Of a stretch of 64,000 nucleotides of DNA, positions 40,634 through 50,469 are shown piece after piece (position 1 is the first letter of the stretch; every line of letters starts with the position of its first letter). Under the pieces are notes generated by a model. The model was not told the DNA's origin. It searched no databases and saw only the letters and a program-made list of their open reading frames with translations. Origin of the DNA: Auanema rhodensis (Eukaryota; Animalia; Nematoda); assembly GCA_964057225.1 (NCBI GenBank), contig OZ059894.1, positions 7,440,001 through 7,504,000 on the forward strand. Direction: 5' to 3'. The position numbers were made by a program, and so were the translations under genes.

Positions 40634-43600
40634 GTGGCACGAAGATACTCTTCGGCCGTCCCTGCTCTATACCCTTCTGAGTCCAGTGACGACATCGCAG
40701 TCGCCAGTCGAACCAGAAGCCGCACTCGACTCCTCAGTGTTCAGATTGAAGAGCCTGAACAAGAGGTAAAACCCAAAGTCGAGAAAACCTTCATTCCTCG
40801 AGAAGGCACGTATTCACCTCCGGACAACACCGAGGAGGACCCTGATTTCTATATTCAGGACTACAATATTCAAACTTCAGCTTCAACTCCAAAGGTACAC
40901 TCTTTTAAAAGTAATAAAAAGATTCAAAAAATTCAAAAACCAAAACAAATAACCTCTAATACTTCACCAGCCACTCCCCACCTAAACTTATCAACTTTAT
41001 CAGTTAATACTGATAACGATCTTGCATCTTCTTTTGAACTAACTCTAACACCGCAGGCATTTTCCACTCCGATAGAAAACTCACAACTTAATAAAACCTC
41101 ATCTCTCACTATTCGCAAATCACCCTTATCAGTTATCACTGATAAGCTTGATTCGAAAAAGCTTGATTCTAAAAAAATTAATAAAAGAAAAACTAATACA
41201 CCGCGTAGGCGCTCAACCTCTAATAATCCCGTAGAACCAAATCAGGAAATTACCGAAGTTTTGCCCTTATCACTAACTACTGATAAGTTCAAAAGTAAGA
41301 AATCTTTAACAGCTCGCTTAATAAAAGTTTTGAATTTGTCTCCAGGGGAGGTAACAACAGAACAAGTTGATAACTCTCTTCACGTATCCTCCAACCCAAC
41401 CCTTAATAAGTCAGATAGCGCTATACCCAGCTCAAGCGTATCAATACATTCGACGCCTCAGGCAACGAGTCGAATTATCAAACTCCCAGGGAAGCGGTTC
41501 TCCTCAGCCGCCCCTACCATTAGTTATCCAACATCTGGTAACTCGAAAAAGGGAGGTAAGAATTTAACGGCGAGAAGCTCAGGCAGTAAAGGGATTACGT
41601 CATCTCGCACATACCCTGAGGATATACCAACCATGACGGAGACACCACGTCTTCCGGGAGCTGGTAAATCTACCATTGCGCACGCATTAAGCTCACCTTA
41701 TTGCCCCATATACGACGGAAGTCGTAACTTTAGAGATTTCGTGGCAAAGTTTAATACCTTTTCTAACGCCTTAGGCTTAGTGATGCCCGAAAGACTAACT
41801 ATTTTACCATTACTATTGAAAAATGATAGAGCAGAGGAAGCTTATTTAGAGCTACCTGACAAGGTCAGAACTGCTGGACCTTGGGTTACCCTAATAGAAG
41901 AGTTAACATCCAAGCTGTGTCCCGAATACAATCAAGACCCTGCCCTTATCACACTTCAAAACAGCACTCAAGGCGATTTATCAATTGATGGTTTTGCACA
42001 AACGTTAAGAAACCTCAGCTTAAATGCTTTCTCTAATAGTGATACTCATAAAGATCACATTCTGAGGTCCACATTTTTGAGAGGCTTGAAAAATACGATA
42101 CGCCCAGGGGTAATTCGAGCAAAACCCAAAACTTTTGCTGAGGCTGTTGATAGTGCTCGCTGGGAGGAATCAATTGCAAACCAAGTAGCAGACCCTCAGG
42201 CGCTATTGGTTAACGCAATTGAAAGAACTTTCCCCCCGCGCAGAAACAATGGTGGGAGAGGTATGGCAAGAGGTTATCAATCTTTTAATAATAAAAATTA
42301 TCAAAATTATAATAATTATAACAATTATCATCCAAACTTTCAAAACAATCAAAATTATCATAAATTTTCAAAAAATCAAAAAGGCTGGAATTTCCAAAAC
42401 CCATTTGCTAGGAACCGCAATTTTGGTGACCGCGGTCGAAATTATCAGAATCAAAATCAAAATGGGTATCAAAGAAGCCATAATGCATCACAAAATCAAG
42501 AAATGAGCAATAATAGACAGAGAAATAACAGTACCTTTAGGGGAAATAACAACAATAGAGGCAGAGGTAGAGGCTCAAGAGTCAATAATTTGACTCTGAT
42601 ATCTCCTTTGACTTTAGCCGTAGCTTTATCAGTAATCTTATCACTGGTTACAACAGCTGAAGCATACCAGCTATGTACTAAAGCTACTGGAGGAGCCCTT
42701 CTCCGTCCCCCATCTCTCCGAAAATGCTTATTACCACCAATAAAGCATATCTTACGAACAAAAGTTCATCTTTATACAAGGAATCAAACGGCACATGAAT
42801 GGGATGCATGGAGATGCTCCAAAGAAATTCATAAAATGTGTATCAGAGACCTTTTGTTCCTTAGAGATACCAATACAACGATAGCGAGAATTGAAAAGAT
42901 ACCAGCTGCAGAATGCAGACTGGCAGTGAGAGATAGAAGATGGAATTGGAGTGAATTAAAGAAGATCGACAGCATAACATATGCAACTGACGAGCCTTCC
43001 TTCTCGCCAGGCCGATCTTTTAATAATGAACTATGTGAAGAGAAAGCCAGATTGGTTATCGAAAGAGGGGTTATGACACGGATGCCAGATGAAACTATAA
43101 TCTCCAATTTAATACTAAATACTGAAGGATGCTTAGCGCATCATGGAGAATGTGCATCAGATACCTCAATCATCATATGGGAGAAACAGCCTTATGAATA
43201 TCGATGCAACTATATCGACATGAGTGAATATGATGTGATAATTGGAGACGGCATTATTCTGTTACCAACCACTCAATCAGCCCTTGTAATCGATCAAAAA
43301 GAGATACCGAAGCAAATATCTTCTTGTTTTAAACAGCCAATCTTCCACACCACAACTGGCAATTACATTCTCTTACCACAGTACCCAAATGACACCAATA
43401 TCCATGTTTTAATAGAGAGAGAATATAAGAAACTTCCGGCGAAAAGAGATAAAAGAGCAATTGCGGAATGCACGGTTGAATTAAACAAGGAGTGGATACA
43501 AAAACAGGAAGATTTTGAAACTTTAATATTAAATATTTGTCCTTATCCTTTCTTACGACCGGTGATGAGTAATCCTGGTATTTATCAGATAATACCGCTT

Positions 43601-46600
43601 ATAAAGGCCAGACGAGCTGTCAACCCTTCATATTCAATTATTGACTGGGTTTCAGCACATCCCGAGAAGTTTTATTTCTTCTTAAGAAGTCCCGTATCTG
43701 ATAAATCCATACAACGTTTCCTTCAAACATACGAAATACACGACCCTGAGGAAGCAATACTTTATTTTCTTGCGCAAAAGGAACTGGCAGCAACCACTCG
43801 CGGCGCTATACGGTATTTAACCTCACAACAATTATTAGAACAGATAGGTGACAGATTAACAGCACACGAATTTGACGAAAAACTGCTAGAAAAAGACGGA
43901 TCCTACCGTGAAAGAGCCGAAAGCATAGCGATGGAGTTAGCTTATACACCGGTAATATTTGAAAACAATCTGTCGGTACCATCAAGGCAAGAGGTTTTAA
44001 AATCCTTTGTGAACATGCCGCCGATCCGACCAACTCTAACAACTGACAATGCTGATGAGCGTATAGTACTTAGAAACACTCTTTACTTATACCATAACTT
44101 GATGACATTGCGAGTAATAAGGCCAAATAAAACAGCAGCAGCCGTAGATGATGAAAAGTTCCGACAATTAACAATCAATGTGCCAGATACCAACAAATTA
44201 TATCGAGATAAAGATTCTAACTACGGTATATCGATAGGGCCCCACCCTCGCATTCAAAACCCAAGCGCAGATACACGCCAGCTACTTATAAAAACATTTT
44301 TACCACTGTTAGAGGATATTGAAACACCGCCTTATCTGACTAGAAGACTGTCATTAACGACAACAACGGACAAACCCGCTTCACTAGTTCAGGAGACAAC
44401 TAAAAGCCATACGACTCGGATTCCGACGACAACCACAGTTGAGACGACAACAGCCGCGATAACTACGACTCTCTCGCCAACAACATTAGCAACAGTCACT
44501 GACACGGCGTCACGAATCTTAAGGAAACAAAGAACATCATCTCCACCCGTAGAAACCAGAGAAATTCAGGCTCAGGCAACGTATACAGCGTCAAAAGTGA
44601 ACAACGAAATACAATTCAACCTCAACGTATCTCGCAGAATAGCTCAAGATCATCTACAATATACAACAACACTCATACAAGAAGAGCTACAGAAACATTT
44701 CATGGAATCTTATGAATCCATATGTGAGATTCAAAATAGATACCTCGAGCTATGGCGTTCTATTTTACACATAGAACCTACAATAGCAATGAGGACTATT
44801 TTAGGAAGAGAGGATATTGCAGCCCGTTTCGTAGGCAGCGATATAGTTCATGTTCATATATGCCTACCTCTTCAACCTAAAGCTGTTTATCATAATCATA
44901 AGATCAATGATACATGCTATTTGGAAACACCAGTAATAACAGAAGATGAGAGATTATATTTTGCTGCTCCAGGATCAAGAGACTTATTAACACATGGAAA
45001 AGAGATAGATTGCGAACATGTACCCACAGATGTATACTATCAAAATGGAGAATGGATAAATATAAATGGATCGGTTGAAGTAAAACCAATATCACTCTTT
45101 GATAAAGCGCAATACCACCAATTAACACCTTTAAAGTTCACAGGCGCTAACTTATACACCAATTTATCATTGAGAGTTTACTCAATGTCAACAGCTATTG
45201 CATATGGAGCAAGTTTAGCATCCATACGACAGAACCATGTTTTACATACTATTCACAACGATCCAAAAATTACGTCCGCCTTTAATCTTTTGAAAAAGGG
45301 CAGTGACTATATCTCTAAAGCAGCTGAGTTCACAACTTCCGCCTGGACTAGCGTAAAGCAATTTCTAATAGGATCAATTGAGAGAACACTCATCTTCATA
45401 GGATCAATGGTTACGATTGCCGCAGTATTAATAATTCTTTTCGTTGTTGCTAAATTTTGGTTCTTCAGAGCCACTCCACTAACCGTAATGCATGTCCACG
45501 AAATAGATAATGAGCCCCCAAGCTATGAAGAAACATTGGAACTTGTAAGCCGCCCAGACCAACAGATGCCAGATAACATCATGAAGCAATACTATCCTGC
45601 TTTAGTAACATTTATTCCAATCGCAATACCATTTGTTGCTTCTATTGTATCAGCGGAAACAAAGTTACCATTAATATATATATCAGTTGAAGATAAACTG
45701 ATTTTAGCTTTATGGGATTCAGGCTCATCAGTGTCATATGTTAGGCTCTCCACCCTCAAATATCTGAACATGGCCGAAAATGTCAAGAAGAGACATTTAG
45801 TAGCGATGGCAGCCAACAAGTCCACTTTCACATTTTATGGAAAGATAAATCTTGTAATTGAAATTGCCGGTTACGAGATCGAACACACCTTTTTGGTCTC
45901 AAACGATCATGACTGTCCTGCTCCCGCTTTAATTGGACTAGATTTCATGAAAGCGCTTGACAGCGAAAACATCGACGTCAGCCTTAAACCATCCAAGAAG
46001 AGGTTGGAGATTGGAAACAATGCCATCCCATTAATAGGAAACGAATCTATTAAGCATACGGAGATAACTGTGAATATCATTAATTTAAGAACAAAAACAT
46101 TAAAGCCTGATGAAGAGGCACCTATCCCAATAAAGACAGATAAACCACTAGAATCTAACGAAGTGGTTGTCTTAGGGGATAGTGGAAGCGCATTAAAATC
46201 ATTATATCCAACTGCGTTTCGTGATACCAGTGGAGTATATGTTATGTTCCGTAACAATACCGATGAAACAATAGCTATGGAAGCTAATTCAGTCATCGGA
46301 CAGGCAATAATTGGAGAAATTCCGGCTTGTGAACCCTTTAAGCATAAGCCAATTCTACCATATGTTCCGCCAGAGGCCGATTGGGAGAGTAAACTACCAT
46401 ATTTTCCAAGAGACTTCATAAAAGATCTTGATCTAGAGAATGCTGATCTCACGAAAGAAGAAAAACATGAGCTTACAAAAATAATTGAAAGCCATCGTGA
46501 GGCATTTCTTAACGAGGACAGGAAAATAGGCTTATTTAAAGGTCCTATAGAGCATACCATACCATTGAGAACAGATATGGATATGCCAAAGCCGAGAATA

Positions 46601-49339
46601 ACACGTATTCCCTTAGGAAAACAGGAAGAAATTGAAAAACAAGTCAAAGAAATGCTTGAGCAAGGCATAATAGAGCCTTCTACATCTCTATTTAATAGCC
46701 CTGTAGTACTAGTTAAGAAGAAAGATGACACGTATAGGTTTGTGACAGATTTTCGAGCTTTAAATAATGTCACACGCAAGCAAACTTATGTCATTCCAAG
46801 CATTTCTGACATAGTTGATTTGGCAGCAGGCGCCCAATTTTTCTCAAACTTCGATTTAGTGTCAGGATTTTTTCAAATATCCTTGAGAAAATCAGATCGA
46901 CCACTAACAGCATTTACGACCACATCCGGCACATACCAGTACAAACGGATGCCGATGGGCCTTTGTGGAGCCCCTCATACCTTTCAAACAGCAGTAAGGT
47001 ATTTGCAAAGTAAATGTTCTTGTAAACTATTTGTTTATTTGGACGATCTATTAGTTATATCTGATACAAGAGAACAACATCTCAAAGATATCGATGATTT
47101 ACTGCAAGCAGTAGAAGAATTGGGAATGAAGATAAAGCTTAAGAAATGCGCTTTTGCTCAACCAGAAGTGAAATTTCTAGGACTTATTGTAGGACGTCAA
47201 GGTATAAAACCTGACCCTCAAAAAGTCGCCGCCATACAAGATTATCCGGCACCAAAGAATGCAACAGGTGTACGAGCATTCTTGGGAATGGTTGGATTCT
47301 TTCGCAAATTCATGAAAGATTTTGCACGTATCGCAAGCCCTTTATACGATCTGACAAAGGCAGATACTGAATTCAAATGGGAAAACAAACATCAAGAAGC
47401 TTTAGACCTCCTTAAAAGAAGTTTAATACAGGCACCCGTTTTAAGCCCACCTAAATCGGACCGCTTGTTTATAGTTGAAAGCGACGGTAGTAACATCGCC
47501 ATAGGTGCTGTATTATTACAACCGGAAGATCCAAAACAACCTCTGAAAAATCTACACCCTATCGCATTTGCAAGCAGAAAACTAGTTAAAGCCGAACGTA
47601 ACTACGCACCAATCGAGATAGAAGCATTAGGCCTTGTATATGCATTAAATCAATTCCGTACATACATTCTTGGAACTCATACTATATGTATTACGGACCA
47701 TCGACCTCTTACCAGCTTAATGACACGCAGAGACTTATTTGGTCGTCTTGCGAAGTTCCAGCTGGTCATCCAAGAATATGATATTGAAATAAAATATCGC
47801 GCAGGCCAATTAAATAAAGTATGCGATGCTCTATCTCGATATATAGGTGAAGAAGCTAACGATGCTAAGCCGGAAACAAAGAAGAAGAAAATGGAAGAAA
47901 TTCACATTAACGCCATAAATACACCAACAATAAAGGAAATTCAACTAAGCACCCCTTGGATTAAACGGACGATAGCGGAGATTGAATATAGAGCACAAAA
48001 GAACATGACAGCTAATGACAGATATTGTGTCATAAATGACTTGCTCTATACAAAACCAACAGACAAAAAGCCACAACCCGCTATCGTAATACCACAAGAA
48101 CACCCCATAATTGAGGAAATAATCAAAGTTTTTCATGAGGATCCTACAATTGCAGCACATCAAGGAATTATTAAAACAAAAGAAGCAATTCTAAGAAGAT
48201 TCTATTGGACAAATATGCAGAACGACATTACTATATTCATCAAGAACTGCATTAAATGTGCTCAAAGAAAAAAAGATCCACATTCCATGACGGTACAACC
48301 AATAGGTCATTTTGAGATACCAAGCAAGCCATTTGAACGAGTCCACATGGACGTAATGGGACCATTTCCCCCTTCAAAAAGAAACTGTACCTACGTCATT
48401 ACCATGCAAGACGCATTTACAAAATGGTCAACAACAATTGCTGTACCACAAATAACAACGGAAATCACAATTGATCGATTTCTAAGACATTTCGTTTACA
48501 TTTTTGGACCACCCCATCGCTTGATCACCGATAGAGGTTCAAACTTTGTATCTAAAAAGTTCGAAGAAATGTGTACTAAACTTGGAATCAAACATGAACC
48601 AACACTACCACACCAAAAGAACTCAAATGGACAAGTGGAAAGACTTCACCGAACCCTCGAAGAAGGATTAACCCACTACTTAAAAGAGGACCTTAGTGAC
48701 TGGGATACTGTATTACCAAAAATCACTTTTGCTATTAACAATATTCAGCACGCGACTACAGGGATTGCGCCATACATTGCATTATTCGGTAAAGAATGCA
48801 GAATGTCAATGGACGCTGAATTACCAGAAACGATCACCAAAATTCAAGAAATTTCTGAAGAATTACTCCAAAGAAGACCAGATATGGACAAGAGAGACGA
48901 AATAATAAAGAACCGCATAGCTAAAAATCAAGAAAATGCGAAAAAGAAGAAAGATAGAACGCAAAGAGCACACCATAGAGACATTCAACCGGGCGACATG
49001 GTGATGACGACTATAAAATCACACCAAATCGGCCAAAAGCTTCGGAAAAGCTATGATGGACCATGCGAAGTCATCAACGTAGAAGGATCAAAAGTTCAAA
49101 TCAGAAATTCATCAGGAAAACTACAAGATATCCACAAAGATAACTTGAAAATCTTCTCTCCTGCTTCACAAAACATCTCTTACAACACTCGCGCAAGGTT
49201 TCGAGAAAGTCAAGCAGAAGAAGATAGCGACATCGAAATAATAGAAGTGATCAACAGGAACAACAAGGATAGCATAGATACAGAGCCAGAAGATGAAAAT
49301 GAAGACGAAATATGGCTTCCGAGGAATGAAGAAGAATAA
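40634..49339 (+). CDS. Gag-Env-Pol polyprotein (2901 aa from GTG; frame open from 40544; first ATG at 41633)
   Basis: One uninterrupted ORF containing capsid-like Gag, an N/Q/RG-rich region, a signal peptide, a Cys-rich glycoprotein, a TM helix, aspartic protease (LWDSGS), RT (YLDD), RNase H (ESDGS, EIEALG, TDHRPL) and integrase (HHCC, D-D-E, YDGPC). Confidence 0.95.
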   Translation: MARRYSSAVPALYPSESSDDIAVASRTRSRTRLLSVQIEEPEQEVKPKVEKTFIPREGTYSPPDNTEEDPDFYIQDYNIQTSASTPKVHSFKSNKKIQKIQKPKQITSNTSPATPHLNLSTLSVNTDNDLASSFELTLTPQAFSTPIENSQLNKTSSLTIRKSPLSVITDKLDSKKLDSKKINKRKTNTPRRRSTSNNPVEPNQEITEVLPLSLTTDKFKSKKSLTARLIKVLNLSPGEVTTEQVDNSLHVSSNPTLNKSDSAIPSSSVSIHSTPQATSRIIKLPGKRFSSAAPTISYPTSGNSKKGGKNLTARSSGSKGITSSRTYPEDIPTMTETPRLPGAGKSTIAHALSSPYCPIYDGSRNFRDFVAKFNTFSNALGLVMPERLTILPLLLKNDRAEEAYLELPDKVRTAGPWVTLIEELTSKLCPEYNQDPALITLQNSTQGDLSIDGFAQTLRNLSLNAFSNSDTHKDHILRSTFLRGLKNTIRPGVIRAKPKTFAEAVDSARWEESIANQVADPQALLVNAIERTFPPRRNNGGRGMARGYQSFNNKNYQNYNNYNNYHPNFQNNQNYHKFSKNQKGWNFQNPFARNRNFGDRGRNYQNQNQNGYQRSHNASQNQEMSNNRQRNNSTFRGNNNNRGRGRGSRVNNLTLISPLTLAVALSVILSLVTTAEAYQLCTKATGGALLRPPSLRKCLLPPIKHILRTKVHLYTRNQTAHEWDAWRCSKEIHKMCIRDLLFLRDTNTTIARIEKIPAAECRLAVRDRRWNWSELKKIDSITYATDEPSFSPGRSFNNELCEEKARLVIERGVMTRMPDETIISNLILNTEGCLAHHGECASDTSIIIWEKQPYEYRCNYIDMSEYDVIIGDGIILLPTTQSALVIDQKEIPKQISSCFKQPIFHTTTGNYILLPQYPNDTNIHVLIEREYKKLPAKRDKRAIAECTVELNKEWIQKQEDFETLILNICPYPFLRPVMSNPGIYQIIPLIKARRAVNPSYSIIDWVSAHPEKFYFFLRSPVSDKSIQRFLQTYEIHDPEEAILYFLAQKELAATTRGAIRYLTSQQLLEQIGDRLTAHEFDEKLLEKDGSYRERAESIAMELAYTPVIFENNLSVPSRQEVLKSFVNMPPIRPTLTTDNADERIVLRNTLYLYHNLMTLRVIRPNKTAAAVDDEKFRQLTINVPDTNKLYRDKDSNYGISIGPHPRIQNPSADTRQLLIKTFLPLLEDIETPPYLTRRLSLTTTTDKPASLVQETTKSHTTRIPTTTTVETTTAAITTTLSPTTLATVTDTASRILRKQRTSSPPVETREIQAQATYTASKVNNEIQFNLNVSRRIAQDHLQYTTTLIQEELQKHFMESYESICEIQNRYLELWRSILHIEPTIAMRTILGREDIAARFVGSDIVHVHICLPLQPKAVYHNHKINDTCYLETPVITEDERLYFAAPGSRDLLTHGKEIDCEHVPTDVYYQNGEWININGSVEVKPISLFDKAQYHQLTPLKFTGANLYTNLSLRVYSMSTAIAYGASLASIRQNHVLHTIHNDPKITSAFNLLKKGSDYISKAAEFTTSAWTSVKQFLIGSIERTLIFIGSMVTIAAVLIILFVVAKFWFFRATPLTVMHVHEIDNEPPSYEETLELVSRPDQQMPDNIMKQYYPALVTFIPIAIPFVASIVSAETKLPLIYISVEDKLILALWDSGSSVSYVRLSTLKYLNMAENVKKRHLVAMAANKSTFTFYGKINLVIEIAGYEIEHTFLVSNDHDCPAPALIGLDFMKALDSENIDVSLKPSKKRLEIGNNAIPLIGNESIKHTEITVNIINLRTKTLKPDEEAPIPIKTDKPLESNEVVVLGDSGSALKSLYPTAFRDTSGVYVMFRNNTDETIAMEANSVIGQAIIGEIPACEPFKHKPILPYVPPEADWESKLPYFPRDFIKDLDLENADLTKEEKHELTKIIESHREAFLNEDRKIGLFKGPIEHTIPLRTDMDMPKPRITRIPLGKQEEIEKQVKEMLEQGIIEPSTSLFNSPVVLVKKKDDTYRFVTDFRALNNVTRKQTYVIPSISDIVDLAAGAQFFSNFDLVSGFFQISLRKSDRPLTAFTTTSGTYQYKRMPMGLCGAPHTFQTAVRYLQSKCSCKLFVYLDDLLVISDTREQHLKDIDDLLQAVEELGMKIKLKKCAFAQPEVKFLGLIVGRQGIKPDPQKVAAIQDYPAPKNATGVRAFLGMVGFFRKFMKDFARIASPLYDLTKADTEFKWENKHQEALDLLKRSLIQAPVLSPPKSDRLFIVESDGSNIAIGAVLLQPEDPKQPLKNLHPIAFASRKLVKAERNYAPIEIEALGLVYALNQFRTYILGTHTICITDHRPLTSLMTRRDLFGRLAKFQLVIQEYDIEIKYRAGQLNKVCDALSRYIGEEANDAKPETKKKKMEEIHINAINTPTIKEIQLSTPWIKRTIAEIEYRAQKNMTANDRYCVINDLLYTKPTDKKPQPAIVIPQEHPIIEEIIKVFHEDPTIAAHQGIIKTKEAILRRFYWTNMQNDITIFIKNCIKCAQRKKDPHSMTVQPIGHFEIPSKPFERVHMDVMGPFPPSKRNCTYVITMQDAFTKWSTTIAVPQITTEITIDRFLRHFVYIFGPPHRLITDRGSNFVSKKFEEMCTKLGIKHEPTLPHQKNSNGQVERLHRTLEEGLTHYLKEDLSDWDTVLPKITFAINNIQHATTGIAPYIALFGKECRMSMDAELPETITKIQEISEELLQRRPDMDKRDEIIKNRIAKNQENAKKKKDRTQRAHHRDIQPGDMVMTTIKSHQIGQKLRKSYDGPCEVINVEGSKVQIRNSSGKLQDIHKDNLKIFSPASQNISYNTRARFRESQAEEDSDIEIIEVINRNNKDSIDTEPEDENEDEIWLPRNEEE
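41633..42580 (+). other. gag: Gag domain: capsid-like region plus N/Q/RG-rich basic tail, no zinc knuckle
   Basis: PIYDGSRNFRDFVAKF, MHR-like QGDLSIDGFAQTLR, FLRGLK...PKTFAEAV; followed by NNYNNYHPNFQNN...RGRGRG. Confidence 0.8.
42590..45466 (+). other. env: Envelope-like glycoprotein domain (class III fusogen, gB-like)
   Basis: Signal peptide LTLISPLTLAVALSVILSLVTTAEA|YQLC, many Cys and N-x-S/T sequons, furin-type KRDKR (43442-43456), gB-like core CEIQNRYLELW...GREDIAARFVGSDIVHVHIC...CY (44723-44920), TM LIFIGSMVTIAAVLIILFVVAKFWFF (45389-45466). Confidence 0.85.
45660..49339 (+). other. pol: Pol domains PR-RT-RNase H-IN
   Basis: DSG at 45716; YLDD at 47036-47047; RNase H from ~47470; integrase HHCC from ~48134 with catalytic D/D/E near 48350/48530/48638; GPY/F-like motif near 49051; acidic tail, no chromodomain seen. 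Start boundary is approximate. Confidence 0.95.
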
Positions 49340-50032
49340 CAACAAGATAATGCTACGTTATTTAAATTATTGTAACAAAATAACGATGAATTAAAAAAAA
49401 AAAAAAAAATTAATGCTAAATAACATTCAAAATAAAAATAGCATTTAATAGAGATTGAGAAAGGAAAAATAAGGCAAATTCTAAACGAGGAGATGTTATG
49501 ACTAATGGTTCCAAGTTACCGTAATCCTATGCGGACTAGAGGACATTTTGACAACCATCCGAGCTCCATGTGCCTCTCCAAATAAGATGAGATGAACACT
49601 GGTAGGCGTATCAACCACAATTTCATCTTAAGTGGTAGTCTCCATTAGTAATCAAGGATTCACTCTGGGAGACATATGGAGACACATTATTAAATCATAA
49701 TCTCGGTTCAATTTAGAAATGAGTACTTCTTGAGACCATTAGTCAAAATAATAACATATTCCCATTCATTACTAGCCCCTTTATTCTACAATCTCTATTA
49801 GGAAATGCTTGAATATTAAGATAATTAATTTATGAAATTAATAATATTCTAATTCATCGTCCCTTCATATTATATTGAACCCTTCTTATAAATTATTGTA
49901 ATTTTGTTTGTATACTAACTAAAACTCTATCATACTATAGTTATTGTGAAGCTAAAACAATTGAACTCTAAAACTCAGTTACATATAAGCCCAAATTTTT
50001 GTTTAAAATATCGCGAGGTCGCGACAATCTTT

Positions 50033-50041
50033 GAAAAAGGG
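50033..50041 (+). promoter_or_regulatory. Polypurine tract
   Basis: GAAAAAGGG, separated from the 3' LTR by the dinucleotide CA. Confidence 0.75.
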
Positions 50042-50043
50042 CA

Positions 50044-50409
50044 CGTTCCATTCGGAGACTCTATATATGTAACTGCAGGGTTAGAGCCAGACCGACTAGA
50101 GGAATGAGGAATGGCACCGCCTTCCCTCATGCCCCTATTCGGGAGTTCGCCCCTTTGCAAGCCCATGGACGGTTTGCATCTAACTTAGTTAATCTTATAT
50201 ATTAGTCTTTGTCTTGTAAATGTAGTTTACTTTATCCTTGTGTTAATGTATTGTAATGATATTGTATTGTGTATAATAAACCTATATATTTCCTTATCTT
50301 ATGTAATCCTTATGCTCTGTTTCCATACCGCTACACTTATGGAATACTATACGCGTAGTTGAGCAGACTACAATGGTCTGTTCAATATACGTAGGAGCAT
50401 AATGGAACG
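50044..50409 (+). repeat. 3' LTR (366 bp)
   Basis: Direct repeat of 38339-38704; AATAAA at 50275-50280. Confidence 0.96.
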
Positions 50410-50469
50410 TCGGATGCATCAGGAATAGACGGCGGATCTCTTGTGAGATGATATTCTGGAAGTTAATGT

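Larger units (their letters stand above)
38339..50409 (+). mobile_element. Full-length Ty3/gypsy (Metaviridae) LTR retroelement with an envelope-like gene
   Basis: Two 366-bp direct LTRs, TSD TCGG (38335-38338 and 50410-50413), PBS, PPT, and an intact ORF with gypsy-type RT (SPVVLVKKKDDTYRFVTDFRALN, YLDD), RNase H and integrase. Confidence 0.97.

Noticed and set aside
45907-46779. 290-aa antisense ORF over protease/RT, and other short ORFs overlapping the polyprotein or LTRs
   Set aside because: Typical shadow ORFs of a coding strand, with no recognisable motifs or expression signals.
49340-50032. Conventional env or extra ORF 3' of pol
   Set aside because: Only very short frames on either strand; reads as an AT-rich 3' UTR.
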